Below, one piece after another: positions 24,501 through 36,900 of a stretch of DNA of 64,000 bases. The notes beneath the pieces were generated by a model that saw only the letters and a program-made list of their open reading frames with translations, ran no database searches and was not told where the DNA came from. The translations under genes were made by a program, and so were the position numbers. The DNA is taken from positions 139,252,001 to 139,316,000 of the forward strand of contig OZ024743.1 in assembly GCA_964016885.1 (NCBI GenBank). The letters are read 5' to 3'. This DNA comes from Eledone cirrhosa (taxonomy: Eukaryota). Numbering within the stretch: the stretch's first letter is position 1; every line of letters begins with the position of its first letter.

Positions 24501-26290
24501 GCTGCTTGTTGTTTGGTGTTTGGTGCTTGGTGCTTGGTGTTTGGTGTTTGGTGCTTGGTGTTTGGTGCTTGGTATCTGGTGTTTGGTGCTTGATGTTTGG
24601 TGTTTGGTGCTTGGTGCTTGGTGCTTGGTGTTTGGTGTTTGGTGCTTGGTGCTTGGTGTTTGGTGCTTGGTGTTTGGTGTTTGGTGTTTGATGCTTGGTG
24701 TTTGCTGCTTGGTGCTTGGTGCTTGGTGTTTTGTGTTTGGTGCTTGGTGCCTGGTGCCTGGTGCTTGGTGCTTGGTGCTTGTTGTTTGGTGCTTGGTGCT
24801 TGGTGATTAGTGTTTGGTGCTTGGTGCTTGCGGTTTGATGCTTGGTGCCTGGGGTTTGGTGTTTGGTGCTTGGTGCTTCGTGTTTGATGTTTGGTCCTTG
24901 GTGCTTGGTGTTTGGTGTTTGGTGCTTGGTGCTTGGTGTTTGGTGTTTGGTGCTTGCTGCTTGCTGCTTGGTGTTTGGTGCTTGGTGATTGGTGCTTGGT
25001 GTTTTGTGCTTGGTGCTTGGTGTTTGGTGTTTGGTGCTAGGGGCTTGGTGCTTGGTGCTTGGTGTTTGGTGCTTGGTGCTTGCTGTTTGGTGTTTGGTGC
25101 TTGGTGCTTGGTGCTTGGTGTTTGATCTTGGGTCCTTGGTGCATGGTGTTTGGTGTTTGGTGCTTGGTGCTTGGTGTTTGGTGCTTGGTGCTTGGTGTTT
25201 GGTGTTTGGTGGTTGGTGCTTGGGGCTTGGTGTTTGGTGCTTGGTGCTTGGTGTTTGGTGCTTGGTGCTTGGGGCTTGGTAGTTGGTGCTTGGTGCTTGG
25301 TGCCTGGTGTTTGGTGTTTGGTGTTTGGTGCTTGGTGTTTGGTGGTTGGTGCTTGGTGCTGGGTGGTTGGTGTTTGGTGCTTGGTGCTTGGTGTTTGGTG
25401 CTTGGTGCTTGGTGCTTGTTGTTTGGTGCTTGGTGCTTGGTGCTTGGTCTTTGGTGCATGGTGTTTGGTGTTTGGCGTTTGGTGCTTGGTGCTTGGTGTT
25501 TGGTGCTTGGTGCTTGGTGCTTGGTGTTTGGTGCTTGGTTCTTGGTGATTAGTGTTTGTTGCTTGGTGCTTGGGGTTTGGTGGTTGGTCCTTGGTGCTTG
25601 GTGTTTGGTGTTTGGTGTTTGGTGTTTGGTGTTTGCTGTTTGGTGTCTGCTTTTTGGTGTTTGGTGTTTGCTGTATGGTGTTTGCTGTTTCGTATTTGGT
25701 TTTTGCTGTTTGGTGTTTGGTGTTTGCTGTTTTGTGTTTGGTGTTTGGTGCTTGGTGCTTGGTGCTTGGTGTTTGGCGTTTGGTGCTTGGAGCTTGGTGT
25801 TTGGTGCTTGGTGATTGGTGTTTGGTGTTTGGTGCTTGGTGCCTGGTGCTTGTTGTATGGTGTTTGGTGCTTGGTGCTTGGTGTTTGGTGTTTGCTGCTT
25901 GGTGTCTGGTGTTTGGTGCTTGGTGTTTGGTGTTTGGTGCTTGGTGCTTGGTGTTTAGTGTTTGGTGTTTGGTGCTTGGTGTTTGGTGTTTGGTGCTGGG
26001 TGCATGGAGTTTGGTGCTTGGTGCTTAGTGCTTGGTGTTTGGTGTTTGGTGCTTGGTATTTGGTGTTTGGTGTTTGATGCTTGGTGTGTGGTGCTTGGTG
26101 CTTGGTGTTTTGTGTTTGGTGCTTGGTGCTTGGTGCCTGGTGCTTGGTGCTTGGTGCTTGTTGTTTGGTGCTTGGTGCTTGGTGATTAGTGTTTGGTGCT
26201 TGGTCCTTGGGGTTTGCTGTTTGGTGCGTGGTGCTTGGTATTTGGTGCTTGGTGCTTGGTGTTTGGTGTTTGGTGCTTGGAGTTTGGTGT

Positions 26291-29200
26291 TTGGTGCTTG
26301 GTGCTTGGTGCTTGGTGTTTGGTGCTTGGTGCTTGGTGTTTGGTGCTTGGTGCTTTGTGTTTGGTGCTTGGTGTTTGGTGCTTGGTGCTTGGTGCTTGGT
26401 GCTTGGTGTTAGGTGTTTGGTGCTTGGTGATTGGTGTTTGATGTTAGGTTCTTGGTGCTTGGTGTTTGGTGTTTGGTGCTTGGTGCTTGGTGTTTGGTGT
26501 TTGGTGCTTGGTGTTTTGTGTTTGGAGTTTGGTGCTTGGTGTTTGGTGCTTCGGTCTTGGTGTTTGGTGTTTGGTGCTTGGTGCTTGGTGTTTGGTGTTT
26601 GGTGCCTGGTGCTTGGTGTTTGGTGGTTGATGTTTGGTGTTTGGTGCTTGGTGCTTGGTGTTTGGTGCTTGGTGCTTGGTGCTTGGTGCTTGGTGTTAGG
26701 CGTTTGGTGCTTGGTGCTTGGTGATTGATGTTTGGTCCTTGGTGCTTGGTGTTTGGTATTTGGTGCTTGGTGCTTGGTGCTTGGTGTTTGGTGTTTGGTG
26801 CTTGCTGCTGCTGCTTGGTGTTTGGAGCTAGGGGCTTGGTGCTTGGTGCTTGGTGTTTGGTGCTTGGTGCTTGGTGTTTGGTGTTTGGTGCTTGGTGCGT
26901 GGGACTTGGTGTTTGTTGCTTGGTGTTTGGTGTTTGGTGTTTGGTGCTTGGTGCCTGGTGCTTGGTGTTTGGTGTTTGGTGCTTGGTGTTTGGTGCTTGG
27001 GGTTTCGTGCTTGGTGTTCGGTGCTTGGTGCTTGGTGCTTGGTGCTTGGTGTTTGGTGTTTGGTGCTTGGTGCTTGGTGTTTGATGTTTGGTCCTTGGTG
27101 CTTGGTGTTCGGTGTTGTGTGCTTGGTGCTTGGTGCTTGGTGTTTGGTGCTTGGTGCTTGGTGCTTGGTGTTTGGCGTTTGCTGTTTGCTGTTTGGTGTT
27201 TGCTGTTTGCTGTTTGGTGTTTGCTGTTTGGTGTTTGGTGTTTGGTGCTTGCTGTTTGGTGCTTGGTGCTTGGTGTTTGGTGTTTGGTGCTTGGTGTTTG
27301 GTGATTGGTGCTTAGTGCTGGGTGTTTGGTGCTTGGTGCTTGGTGTTTGGTGCTTGGTGCTTGGTGCTTGGTGTTTGGTCCTTGGTGCTTGGAGCTTGGT
27401 CTTTGGTGCTTGGGTTTTGGTGTTTGGTGCTTGGTGCTTGGTGTTTGGTGCTTGGTGCTAGGTGCTTGGTGCTTAGTGTTTGGTGCTTGCTGCTTGGTGC
27501 TTGGTGTTTGGTGCTTGGTGCTTGGTGATTAGTGTTTGGTGATTGGTGCTTGGGGTTTGGTTTTTGGGGCTTGGTGTTTGGTGCTTAGTGCTTGCTGTTT
27601 GGTGTTTGGTGTTTGGTTCTTGGTGCTTGGTGTTTGGTGTTTGGTGTTTGGTGCTTGGTGCTTGGTGCTTGGTGTTTGGTGCTTGGTGCTTGGTGCTTGG
27701 TGTTTGGTGCTGCGTGCTTGGTGTTTGGTGTTTGGTGCTTGGTGCCTGGTGCTTGTTGTTTGGTGTTTGGTGCTTAGTGCTTGGTGTTTGGTGTTTGGTC
27801 CTTGGTGCTTGGTGGCTGGTGTTTGGTGCTTGGTGTTTGGAGTTTGGTGCTTGGTGCTTGGTGTCTGGTGTTTCGTGCTTGGTGCTTGGTGCTTGGTGTT
27901 TGGTGTTTGGTGCTTGGTGTTTGGTGCTTGGTGCTTGGTACTTGGTGCTTGGTGCTTGGTGCTTGGTGTTTGGTGCTTGGTGTTTGATGCTGCGTGCTTG
28001 GTGTTTGGTGTTTGGTGCTTGGTGCTTGGTGTTTGGTGTTTGGAGCTTGGTGCCTGGTGCTTGTTGTTTGGTGTTTGGCGCTTGGTGCTTGGTGTTTGGT
28101 GTTTGGTGCTTGATGTTTGGTGTTTGGTGCTTGGTGCTTGGTGCTTGGTATCTGGTGTTTGGTGTTTGATGCTTGGTGTTTGCTGCTTGGTGCTTGGTGC
28201 TTTGTGTTTTGTGTTTGGTGCTTGGTGCTTGGTGCCTGGTGCTTGGTGCTTGGTGCTTGTTGTCAGGTGCTTGGTGCTTGGTGATTAGTGTTTGGTGCTT
28301 GGTGCTTGCGGTATGGTGTTAGGTGCTTGGGGTTTGGTGTTTGGTGCTTGGTGCTTGGTGTTTGGTGCTTGGTGCTTGGTGCTTGGTGTTTGGTGCTTGG
28401 TGCTTGGTGTTTGGTGTTTGGTGCTTGGTGTTTGGTGTTTGGCGTTTGCTGTTTGCTGTTTGCTGTTTGGTGTTTGCTGTTTGGTGTTTGCTGTTTGGTG
28501 TTTGGTGTTTGGTGCTTGCTGTTTGGTGCTTGGTGCTTGGTGTTTGGTGTTTGGTGCTTGGTGTTTGGTGTTTGGTGCTTGGTGCTTGGTGTTTGGTGCT
28601 TGGTGTTTGGTGTTTGGTGTTTGATGCTTGGTGTTTGCTGCTTGGTTGTTGGTGCTTTGTGTTTTGTGTTTGGTGCTTGGTGCTTGGTGCCTGGTGCTTG
28701 GTGCTTGGTGCTTGTTGTCAGGTGCTTGGTGCTTGGTGATTAGTGTTTGGTGCTTGGTGCTTGCGGTATGGTGTTAGGTGCTTGGGGTTTGGTGTTTGGT
28801 GCTTGGTGCTTGGTGTTTGGTGCTTGGTGCTTGGTGCTTGGTGTTTGGTGCTTGGTGCTTGGTGTTTGGTGTTTGGTGCTTGGTGTTTGGTGTTTGGCGT
28901 TTGCTGTTTGCTGTTTGCTGTTTGGTGTTTGCTGTTTGGTGTTTGCTGTTTGGTGTTTGGTGTTTGGTGCTTGCTGTTTGGTGCTTGGTGCTTGGTGTTT
29001 GGTGTTTGGTGCTTGGTGCTTGGTGCTGGGTGTTTGGTGCTTGGTGCTTGGTGTTTGGTGCTTGGTGCTTGGTGCTTGGTGTTTGGTCCTTGGTGCTTGG
29101 TGCTTGGTCTTTGGTGCTTGGGTTTTGGTGTTTGGTGCTTGGTGCTTGGTGTCTGGTGCTTGGTTCTTGGTGCTTGGTGCTTGGTGTTTGGTGATTGCTG

Positions 29201-32200
29201 CTTGGTGCTTGGTGTTTGGTGCTTGGTGCTTGGTGATTAGTGTTTGGTGATTGGTGCTTGGGGTTTGCTGTTTGGTGCTTGGTGTTTGGTGCTTGGTGCT
29301 TGCTGTTTGGTGTTTGGTGTTTGGTTCCTGGTGCTTGGTTTTTGGTGTTTGGTGTTTGGTGCTTGGTGCTTGGTGCTTGGTGTTTGGTGCTTGGTGCTTG
29401 GTGCTTGCTCTTTGGTGCTGCGTGCTTGGTGTTTGGTGTTTGGTGCTTGGTGCCTGGTGCTTGTTGTTTGGTGTTTGGTGCTTAGTGCTTGGTGTTTGGA
29501 GTTTGGTGCTGGGTGCTTGGTGCCTGGTGTTTCGTGCTTGGTGCTTGGTGCTTGGTGTTTGGTGTTTGGTGCTTGGTGTTTGGTGTTTGGTATTTGGTGC
29601 TTGGTGCTTGGTGCTTGGTGTTTGGTGCTTGGTGTTTGATGCTGCGTGCTTGGTGTTTGGTGTTTGGTGCTTGGTGCTTGGTGTTTGGTGTTTGGAGCTT
29701 GGTGCCTGCTGCTTGTTGTTTGGTGTTTGGTGCTTGCTGCTTGGTGTTTGGTGTTTGGTGCTTGGTGCTTGGTGCTTGGTATCTGGTGTTTGGTGCTGGA
29801 TGTTTGGTGTTTGGTGCTTGGTGCTTGGTGTTTGGTGTTTGGTGCTTGGTGCTTGGTGTTTGGTGCTTGGTGTTTGGTGTTTGGTGTTTGATGCTTGGTG
29901 TTTGCTGCTTGGTGCTTGGTGCTTGGTGTTTTGTGTTTGGTGCTTGGTGCTTGGTGCCTGGTGCTTGGTGCTTGGTGCTTGATGTTTGGTGCTTGGTGCT
30001 TGGTGATTAGTGTTTGGTGCTTTGTGCTTGGTGTTTGGTGCTTGGTGCTTGGGGCTTGGTATTTGGTGCTTGGTGCTTGGTGCCTGGTGTTTGGTGTTTG
30101 GTATTTGGTGCTTGGTCTTTGGTGTTTGGTATTTGGTGCTTGGTGCTTGGTGCTTGGTGTTTGGTGCTTGGTGCTTGGTGTTTGGTGCTTGGTGCTTTGT
30201 GTTTGGTGCTTGGTGTTTGGTGCTTGGTGCTTGGTGCTTGGTGCTTGGTGTTAGGTGTTTGGTGCTTGGTGATTGGTGTTTGATGTTAGGTTCTTGGTGC
30301 TTGGTGTTTGGTGTTTGGTGCTTGGTGCTTGGTGTTTGGTGTTTGGTGCTTGGTGTTTTGTGTTTGGAGTTTGGTGCTTGGTGTTTGGTGCTTCGGTCTT
30401 GGTGTTTGGTGTTTGGTGCTTGGTGCTTGGTGTTTGGTGTTTGGTGCCTGGTGCTTGGTGTTTGGTGGTTGATGTTTGGTGTTTGGTGATTGGTGCTTGG
30501 TGTTTGGTGCTTGGTGCTTGGTGCTTGGTGCTTGGTGTTAGGCGTTTGGTGCTTGGTGCTTGGTGATTGATGTTTGGTCCTTGGTGCTTGGTGTTTGGTA
30601 TTTGGTGCTTGGTGCTTGGTGCTTGGTGTTTGGTGTTTGGTGCTTGCTGCTGCTGCTTGGTGTTTGGAGCTAGGGGCTTGGTGCTTGGTGCTTGGTGTTT
30701 GGTGCTTGGTGCTTGGTGTTTGGTGTTTGGTGCTTGGTGCGTGGGACTTGGTGTTTGTTGCTTGGTGTTTGGTGTTTGGTGTTTGGTGCTTGGTGCCTGG
30801 TGCTTGGTGTTTGGTGTTTGGTGCTTGGTGTTTGGTGCTTGGGGTTTCGTGCTTGGTGTTCGGTGCTTGGTGCTTGGTGCTTGGTGCTTGGTGTTTGGTG
30901 TTTGGTGCTTGGTGCTTGGTGTTTGATGTTTGGTCCTTGGTGCTTGGTGTTCGGTGTTGTGTGCTTGGTGCTTGGTGCTTGGTGTTTGGTGCTTGGTGCT
31001 TGGTGCTTGGTGTTTGGCGTTTGCTGTTTGCTGTTTGGTGTTTGCTGTTTGCTGTTTGGTGTTTGCTGTTTGGTGTTTGGTGTTTGGTGCTTGCTGTTTG
31101 GTGCTTGGTGCTTGGTGTTTGGTGTTTGGTGCTTGGTGTTTGGTGATTGGTGCTTAGTGCTGGGTGTTTGGTGCTTGGTGCTTGGTGTTTGGTGCTTGGT
31201 GCTTGGTGCTTGGTGTTTGGTCCTTGGTGCTTGGAGCTTGGTCTTTGGTGCTTGGGTTTTGGTGTTTGGTGCTTGGTGCTTGGTGTTTGGTGCTTGGTGC
31301 TAGGTGCTTGGTGCTTAGTGTTTGGTGCTTGCTGCTTGGTGCTTGGTGTTTGGTGCTTGGTGCTTGGTGATTAGTGTTTGGTGATTGGTGCTTGGGGTTT
31401 GGTTTTTGGGGCTTGGTGTTTGGTGCTTAGTGCTTGCTGTTTGGTGTTTGGTGTTTGGTTCTTGGTGCTTGGTGTTTGGTGTTTGGTGTTTGGTGCTTGG
31501 TGCTTGGTGCTTGGTGTTTGGTGCTTGGTGCTTGGTGCTTGGTGTTTGGTGCTGCGTGCTTGGTGTTTGGTGTTTGGTGCTTGGTGCCTGGTGCTTGTTG
31601 TTTGGTGTTTGGTGCTTAGTGCTTGGTGTTTGGTGTTTGGTCCTTGGTGCTTGGTGGCTGGTGTTTGGTGCTTGGTGTTTGGAGTTTGGTGCTTGGTGCT
31701 TGGTGTCTGGTGTTTCGTGCTTGGTGCTTGGTGCTTGGTGTTTGGTGTTTGGTGCTTGGTGTTTGGTGCTTGGTGCTTGGTACTTGGTGCTTGGTGCTTG
31801 GTGCTTGGTGTTTGGTGCTTGGTGTTTGATGCTGCGTGCTTGGTGTTTGGTGTTTGGTGCTTGGTGCTTGGTGTTTGGTGTTTGGAGCTTGGTGCCTGGT
31901 GCTTGTTGTTTGGTGTTTGGCGCTTGGTGCTTGGTGTTTGGTGTTTGGTGCTTGATGTTTGGTGTTTGGTGCTTGGTGCTTGGTGCTTGGTATCTGGTGT
32001 TTGGTGTTTGATGCTTGGTGTTTGCTGCTTGGTGCTTGGTGCTTTGTGTTTTGTGTTTGGTGCTTGGTGCTTGGTGCCTGGTGCTTGGTGCTTGGTGCTT
32101 GTTGTCAGGTGCTTGGTGCTTGGTGATTAGTGTTTGGTGCTTGGTGCTTGCGGTATGGTGTTAGGTGCTTGGGGTTTGGTGTTTGGTGCTTGGTGCTTGG

Positions 32201-33960
32201 TGTTTGGTGCTTGGTGCTTGGTGCTTGGTGTTTGGTGCTTGGTGCTTGGTGTTTGGTGTTTGGTGCTTGGTGTTTGGTGTTTGGCGTTTGCTGTTTGCTG
32301 TTTGCTGTTTGGTGTTTGCTGTTTGGTGTTTGCTGTTTGGTGTTTGGTGTTTGGTGCTTGCTGTTTGGTGCTTGGTGCTTGGTGTTTGGTGTTTGGTGCT
32401 TGGTGTTTGGTGTTTGGTGCTTGGTGCTTGGTGTTTGGTGCTTGGTGTTTGGTGTTTGGTGTTTGATGCTTGGTGTTTGCTGCTTGGTTGTTGGTGCTTT
32501 GTGTTTTGTGTTTGGTGCTTGGTGCTTGGTGCCTGGTGCTTGGTGCTTGGTGCTTGTTGTCAGGTGCTTGGTGCTTGGTGATTAGTGTTTGGTGCTTGGT
32601 GCTTGCGGTATGGTGTTAGGTGCTTGGGGTTTGGTGTTTGGTGCTTGGTGCTTGGTGTTTGGTGCTTGGTGCTTGGTGCTTGGTGTTTGGTGCTTGGTGC
32701 TTGGTGTTTGGTGTTTGGTGCTTGGTGTTTGGTGTTTGGCGTTTGCTGTTTGCTGTTTGCTGTTTGGTGTTTGCTGTTTGGTGTTTGCTGTTTGGTGTTT
32801 GGTGTTTGGTGCTTGCTGTTTGGTGCTTGGTGCTTGGTGTTTGGTGTTTGGTGCTTGGTGCTTGGTGCTGGGTGTTTGGTGCTTGGTGCTTGGTGTTTGG
32901 TGCTTGGTGCTTGGTGCTTGGTGTTTGGTCCTTGGTGCTTGGTGCTTGGTCTTTGGTGCTTGGGTTTTGGTGTTTGGTGCTTGGTGCTTGGTGTCTGGTG
33001 CTTGGTTCTTGGTGCTTGGTGCTTGGTGTTTGGTGATTGCTGCTTGGTGCTTGGTGTTTGGTGCTTGGTGCTTGGTGATTAGTGTTTGGTGATTGGTGCT
33101 TGGGGTTTGCTGTTTGGTGCTTGGTGTTTGGTGCTTGGTGCTTGCTGTTTGGTGTTTGGTGTTTGGTTCCTGGTGCTTGGTTTTTGGTGTTTGGTGTTTG
33201 GTGCTTGGTGCTTGGTGCTTGGTGTTTGGTGCTTGGTGCTTGGTGCTTGCTCTTTGGTGCTGCGTGCTTGGTGTTTGGTGTTTGGTGCTTGGTGCCTGGT
33301 GCTTGTTGTTTGGTGTTTGGTGCTTAGTGCTTGGTGTTTGGAGTTTGGTGCTGGGTGCTTGGTGCCTGGTGTTTCGTGCTTGGTGCTTGGTGCTTGGTGT
33401 TTGGTGTTTGGTGCTTGGTGTTTGGTGTTTGGTATTTGGTGCTTGGTGCTTGGTGCTTGGTGTTTGGTGCTTGGTGTTTGATGCTGCGTGCTTGGTGTTT
33501 GGTGTTTGGTGCTTGGTGCTTGGTGTTTGGTGTTTGGAGCTTGGTGCCTGCTGCTTGTTGTTTGGTGTTTGGTGCTTGCTGCTTGGTGTTTGGTGTTTGG
33601 TGCTTGGTGCTTGGTGCTTGGTATCTGGTGTTTGGTGCTGGATGTTTGGTGTTTGGTGCTTGGTGCTTGGTGTTTGGTGTTTGGTGCTTGGTGCTTGGTG
33701 TTTGGTGCTTGGTGTTTGGTGTTTGGTGTTTGATGCTTGGTGTTTGCTGCTTGGTGCTTGGTGCTTGGTGTTTTGTGTTTGGTGCTTGGTGCTTGGTGCC
33801 TGGTGCTTGGTGCTTGGTGCTTGATGTTTGGTGCTTGGTGCTTGGTGATTAGTGTTTGGTGCTTTGTGCTTGGTGTTTGGTGCTTGGTGCTTGGGGCTTG
33901 GTATTTGGTGCTTGGTGCTTGGTGCCTGGTGTTTGGTGTTTGGTATTTGGTGCTTGGTCT
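26291..33960 (+). repeat. Near-identical tandem duplication, period 3,842 bp
   Basis: Identical ORF translations at a constant offset of 3,842 (26725/30567, 27536/31378, 28288/32130, 29489/33331). The junction is at about 30119-30132. Confidence 0.92.
28160..29015 (+). repeat. 455-bp (65-heptamer) tandem doublet carrying TTGTCAGG and TGCGGTATGG; representative copy
   Basis: ORF-start pairs 28288/28743, 32130/32585, 40962/41417 and 44482/44937. Single, non-doubled copies lie at 48940 and 56080. Edges are approximate. Confidence 0.85.
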
Positions 33961-36900
33961 TTGGTGCTTGGTGCTTGGTGCTGGGTGGTTGGTGTTTGGT
34001 GCTTGGTGCTTGGTGTTTGGTGCTTGGTGCTTGGTGCTTGTTGTTTGGTGCTTGGTGCTTGGTGCTTGGTCTTTGGTGCATGGTGTTTGGTGTTTGGTGC
34101 TTTGTGCTTGGTGCTTGGTGTTTGGTGCTTGGTGCTTGGTGCTTGGTGTTTGGTGCTTGGTGCTTGGTGATTAGTGTTTGTTGCTTGGTGCTTGGGGTTT
34201 GGTGGTTGGTGCTTGGTGCTTGGTGTTTGGTGTTTTGTGTTTGGTGTTTGCTGTTTGCTGTTTGCTGTCTGCTTTTTGGTGTTTGGTGTTTGCTGTATGG
34301 TGTTTGCTGTTTCGTATTTGGTTTTTGCTGTTTGGTGTTTGGTGTTTGCTCTTTGGTGTTTGGTGTTTGGTGTTTGGTGCTTGGTGCTTGGTGCTTGGTG
34401 TTTGGTGCTTGGTGCTTGGTGTTTGGTGTTTGGTGCCTGGTGCTTGTTGTATGGTGTTTGGTGCTTGGTGCTTGGTGTTTGCTGTTTGCTGCTTGGTGTC
34501 TGGTGTTTGGTGCTTGGTGTTTGGTGTTTGGTGCTTGGTGATTAGTGTTTGGTGATTGGTGCTTGGGGTTTGGTGTTTGGGGCTTGGTGTTTGGTGCTTG
34601 GTGCTTGCTGTTTGGTGTTTGGTGTTTGGTGCTTGGTGCTTGGTGATTGGTGTTTGATGTTAGGTTCTTGGTGCTTGGTGTTTGGTGTTTGGTGCTTGGT
34701 GCTTGGTGTTTGGTGTTTGGTGCTTGGTGTTTTGTGTTTGGAGTTTGGTGCTTGGTGTTTGGTGCTTCGGTCTTGGTGTTTGGTGTTTGGTGCTTGGTGC
34801 TTGGTGTTTGGTGTTTGGTGCCTGGTGCTTGGTGTTTGGTGGTTGATGTTTGGTGTTTGGTGATCGGTGCTTGGTGTTTGGTGCTTGGTGCTTGGTGCTT
34901 GGTGCTTGGTGTTAGGCGTTTGCTGCTTGGTGCTTGGTGATTGATGTTTGGTCCTTGGTGCTTGGTATTTGGTATTTGGTGCGTGGTGCTTGGTGCTAGG
35001 TGTTTGGTGTTTGGTGCTTGCTGCTGCTGCTTGGTGTTTGGAGCTAGGGGCTTGGTGCTTGGTGCTTGGTGTTTGGTGCTTGGTGCTTGGTGTTTGGTGT
35101 TTGGTGCTTGGTGCGTGGGACTTGGTGTTTGTTGCTTGGTGTTTGGTGTTTGGTGTTTGGTGCTTGGTGCCTGGTGCTTGGTGTTTGGTGTTTGGTGCTT
35201 GGTGTTTGGTGCTTGGGGTTTCGTGCTTGGTGTTCGGTGCTTGGTGCTTGGTGCTTGGTGCTTGGTGTTTGGTGTTTGGTGCTTGGTGCTTGGTGTTTGA
35301 TGTTTGGTCCTTGGTGCTTGGTGTTTGGTGTTGTGTGCTTGGTGCTTGGTGCTTGGTGTTTGGTGCTTGGTGCTTGGTGCTTGGTGTTTGGCGTTTGCTG
35401 TTTGCTGTTTGGTGTTTGCTGTTTGCTGTTTGGTGTTTGCTGTTTGGTGTTTGGTGTTTGGTGCTTGCTGTTTGGTGCTTGGTGCTTGGTGTTTGGTGTT
35501 TGGTGCTTGGTGTTTGGTGATTGGTGCTTGGTGCTGGGTGTTTGGTGCTTGGTGCTTGGTGTTTGGTGTTTGGTGCTTGGTGCTTGGTGCTTGGTGTTTG
35601 GTCCTTGGTGCTTGGAGCTTGGTCTTTGGTGCTTGGGTTTTGGTGTTTGGTGCTTGGTGCTTGGTGTTTGGTGCTTGGTGCTTGGTGCTTGGTGCTTGGT
35701 GTTTGGTGCTTGCTGCTTGGTGCTTGGTGTTTGGTGCTTGGTGCTTGGTGATTAGTGTTTGGTGATTGGTGCTTGGGGTTTGGTTTTTGGGGCTTGGTGT
35801 TTGGTGCTTGGTGCTTGCTGTTTGGTGTTTGGTGTTTGGTTCTTGGTGCTTGGTGTTTGGTGTTTGGTGTTTGGTGCTTGGTGCTTGGTGCTTGGTGTTT
35901 GGTGCTTGGTGCTTGGTGTTTGGTGCTTGGTGCTTGGGGCTTGGTAGTTGGTGCTTGGTGCTTGGTGCCTGGTGTTTGGTGTTTGGAGTTTGGTGCTTGG
36001 TGTTTGGTGCTTGGTGCTTGGTGCTGGGTGGTTGGTGTTTGGTGCTTGGTGCTTGGTGTTTGGTGCTTGGTGCTTGGTGCTTGTTGTTTGGTGCTTGGTG
36101 CTTGGTGCTTGGTCTTTGGTGCATGGTGTTTGGTGTTTGGCGCTTGGTGCTTGGTGCTTGGTGTTTGGTGCTTGGTGCTTGGTGCTTGGTGTTTGGTGCT
36201 TGGTTCTTGGTGATTAGTGTTTGTTGCTTGGTGCTTGGGGTTTGGTGGTTTGTCCTTGGTGCTTGGTGTTTGGTGTTTGGTGTTTGGTGTTTGGTGTTTG
36301 CTGTTTGGTGTCTGCTTTTTGGTGTTTGGTGTTTGCTGTATGGTGTTTGCTGTTTCGTATTTGGTTTTTGCTGTTTGGTGTTTGGTGTTTGGTGTTTGGT
36401 GCTTGGTGCCTGGTGCTTGTTGTATGGTGTTTGGTGCTTGGTGCTTGGTGTTTGGTGTTTGCTACTTGGTGTCTGGTGTTTGGTGCTTGGTGTTTGGTGC
36501 TTGGTGCCTGGTGCTTGGTGCTTGGTGCTTGTTGTTTGGTGCTTGGTGCTTGGTGATTAGTGTTTGGTGCTTGGTCCTTGGGGTTTGCCGTTTGGTGCGT
36601 GGAGCTTGGTATTTGGTGCTTGGTGCTTGGTGTTTGGTGTTTGGTGCTTGGGGTTTGGTGTTTGGTGTTTGGTGCTTGGTGTTTGGTGCTTGGTGCTTGG
36701 TGTTTGGTGCTTGGTGCTTTGTGTTTGGTGCTTGGTGTTTGGTGCTTGGTGCTTGGTGCTTGGTGCTTGGTGTTAGGTGTTTGGTGCTTGGTGATTGGTG
36801 TTTGATGTTACGTTCTTGGTGCTTGGTGTTTGGTGTTTGGTGCTTGGTACTTGGTGTTTGGTGTTTGGTGGTTGCTGCTTGGTGCTTGGTGTTTTGTGTT

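Larger units (their letters stand above)
4441..26290 (+). repeat. HOR sub-family A domain (modules ~2.1-3 kb, marker GGGACATAG)
   Basis: GGGACATAG occurs with its CAT ending at 4742, 7723, 10242, 12573, 16849, 19215 and 22890. An ordered cassette recurs: TAGGGGC, TTGATCT-TGGGTCC, TTGGTAG, TGGGTGG, TTCGTAT, TGGGTGC-ATGGAGT. Offsets include 2,519, 2,331, 2,366 and 2,100 bp. Boundaries are approximate. Confidence 0.85.
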
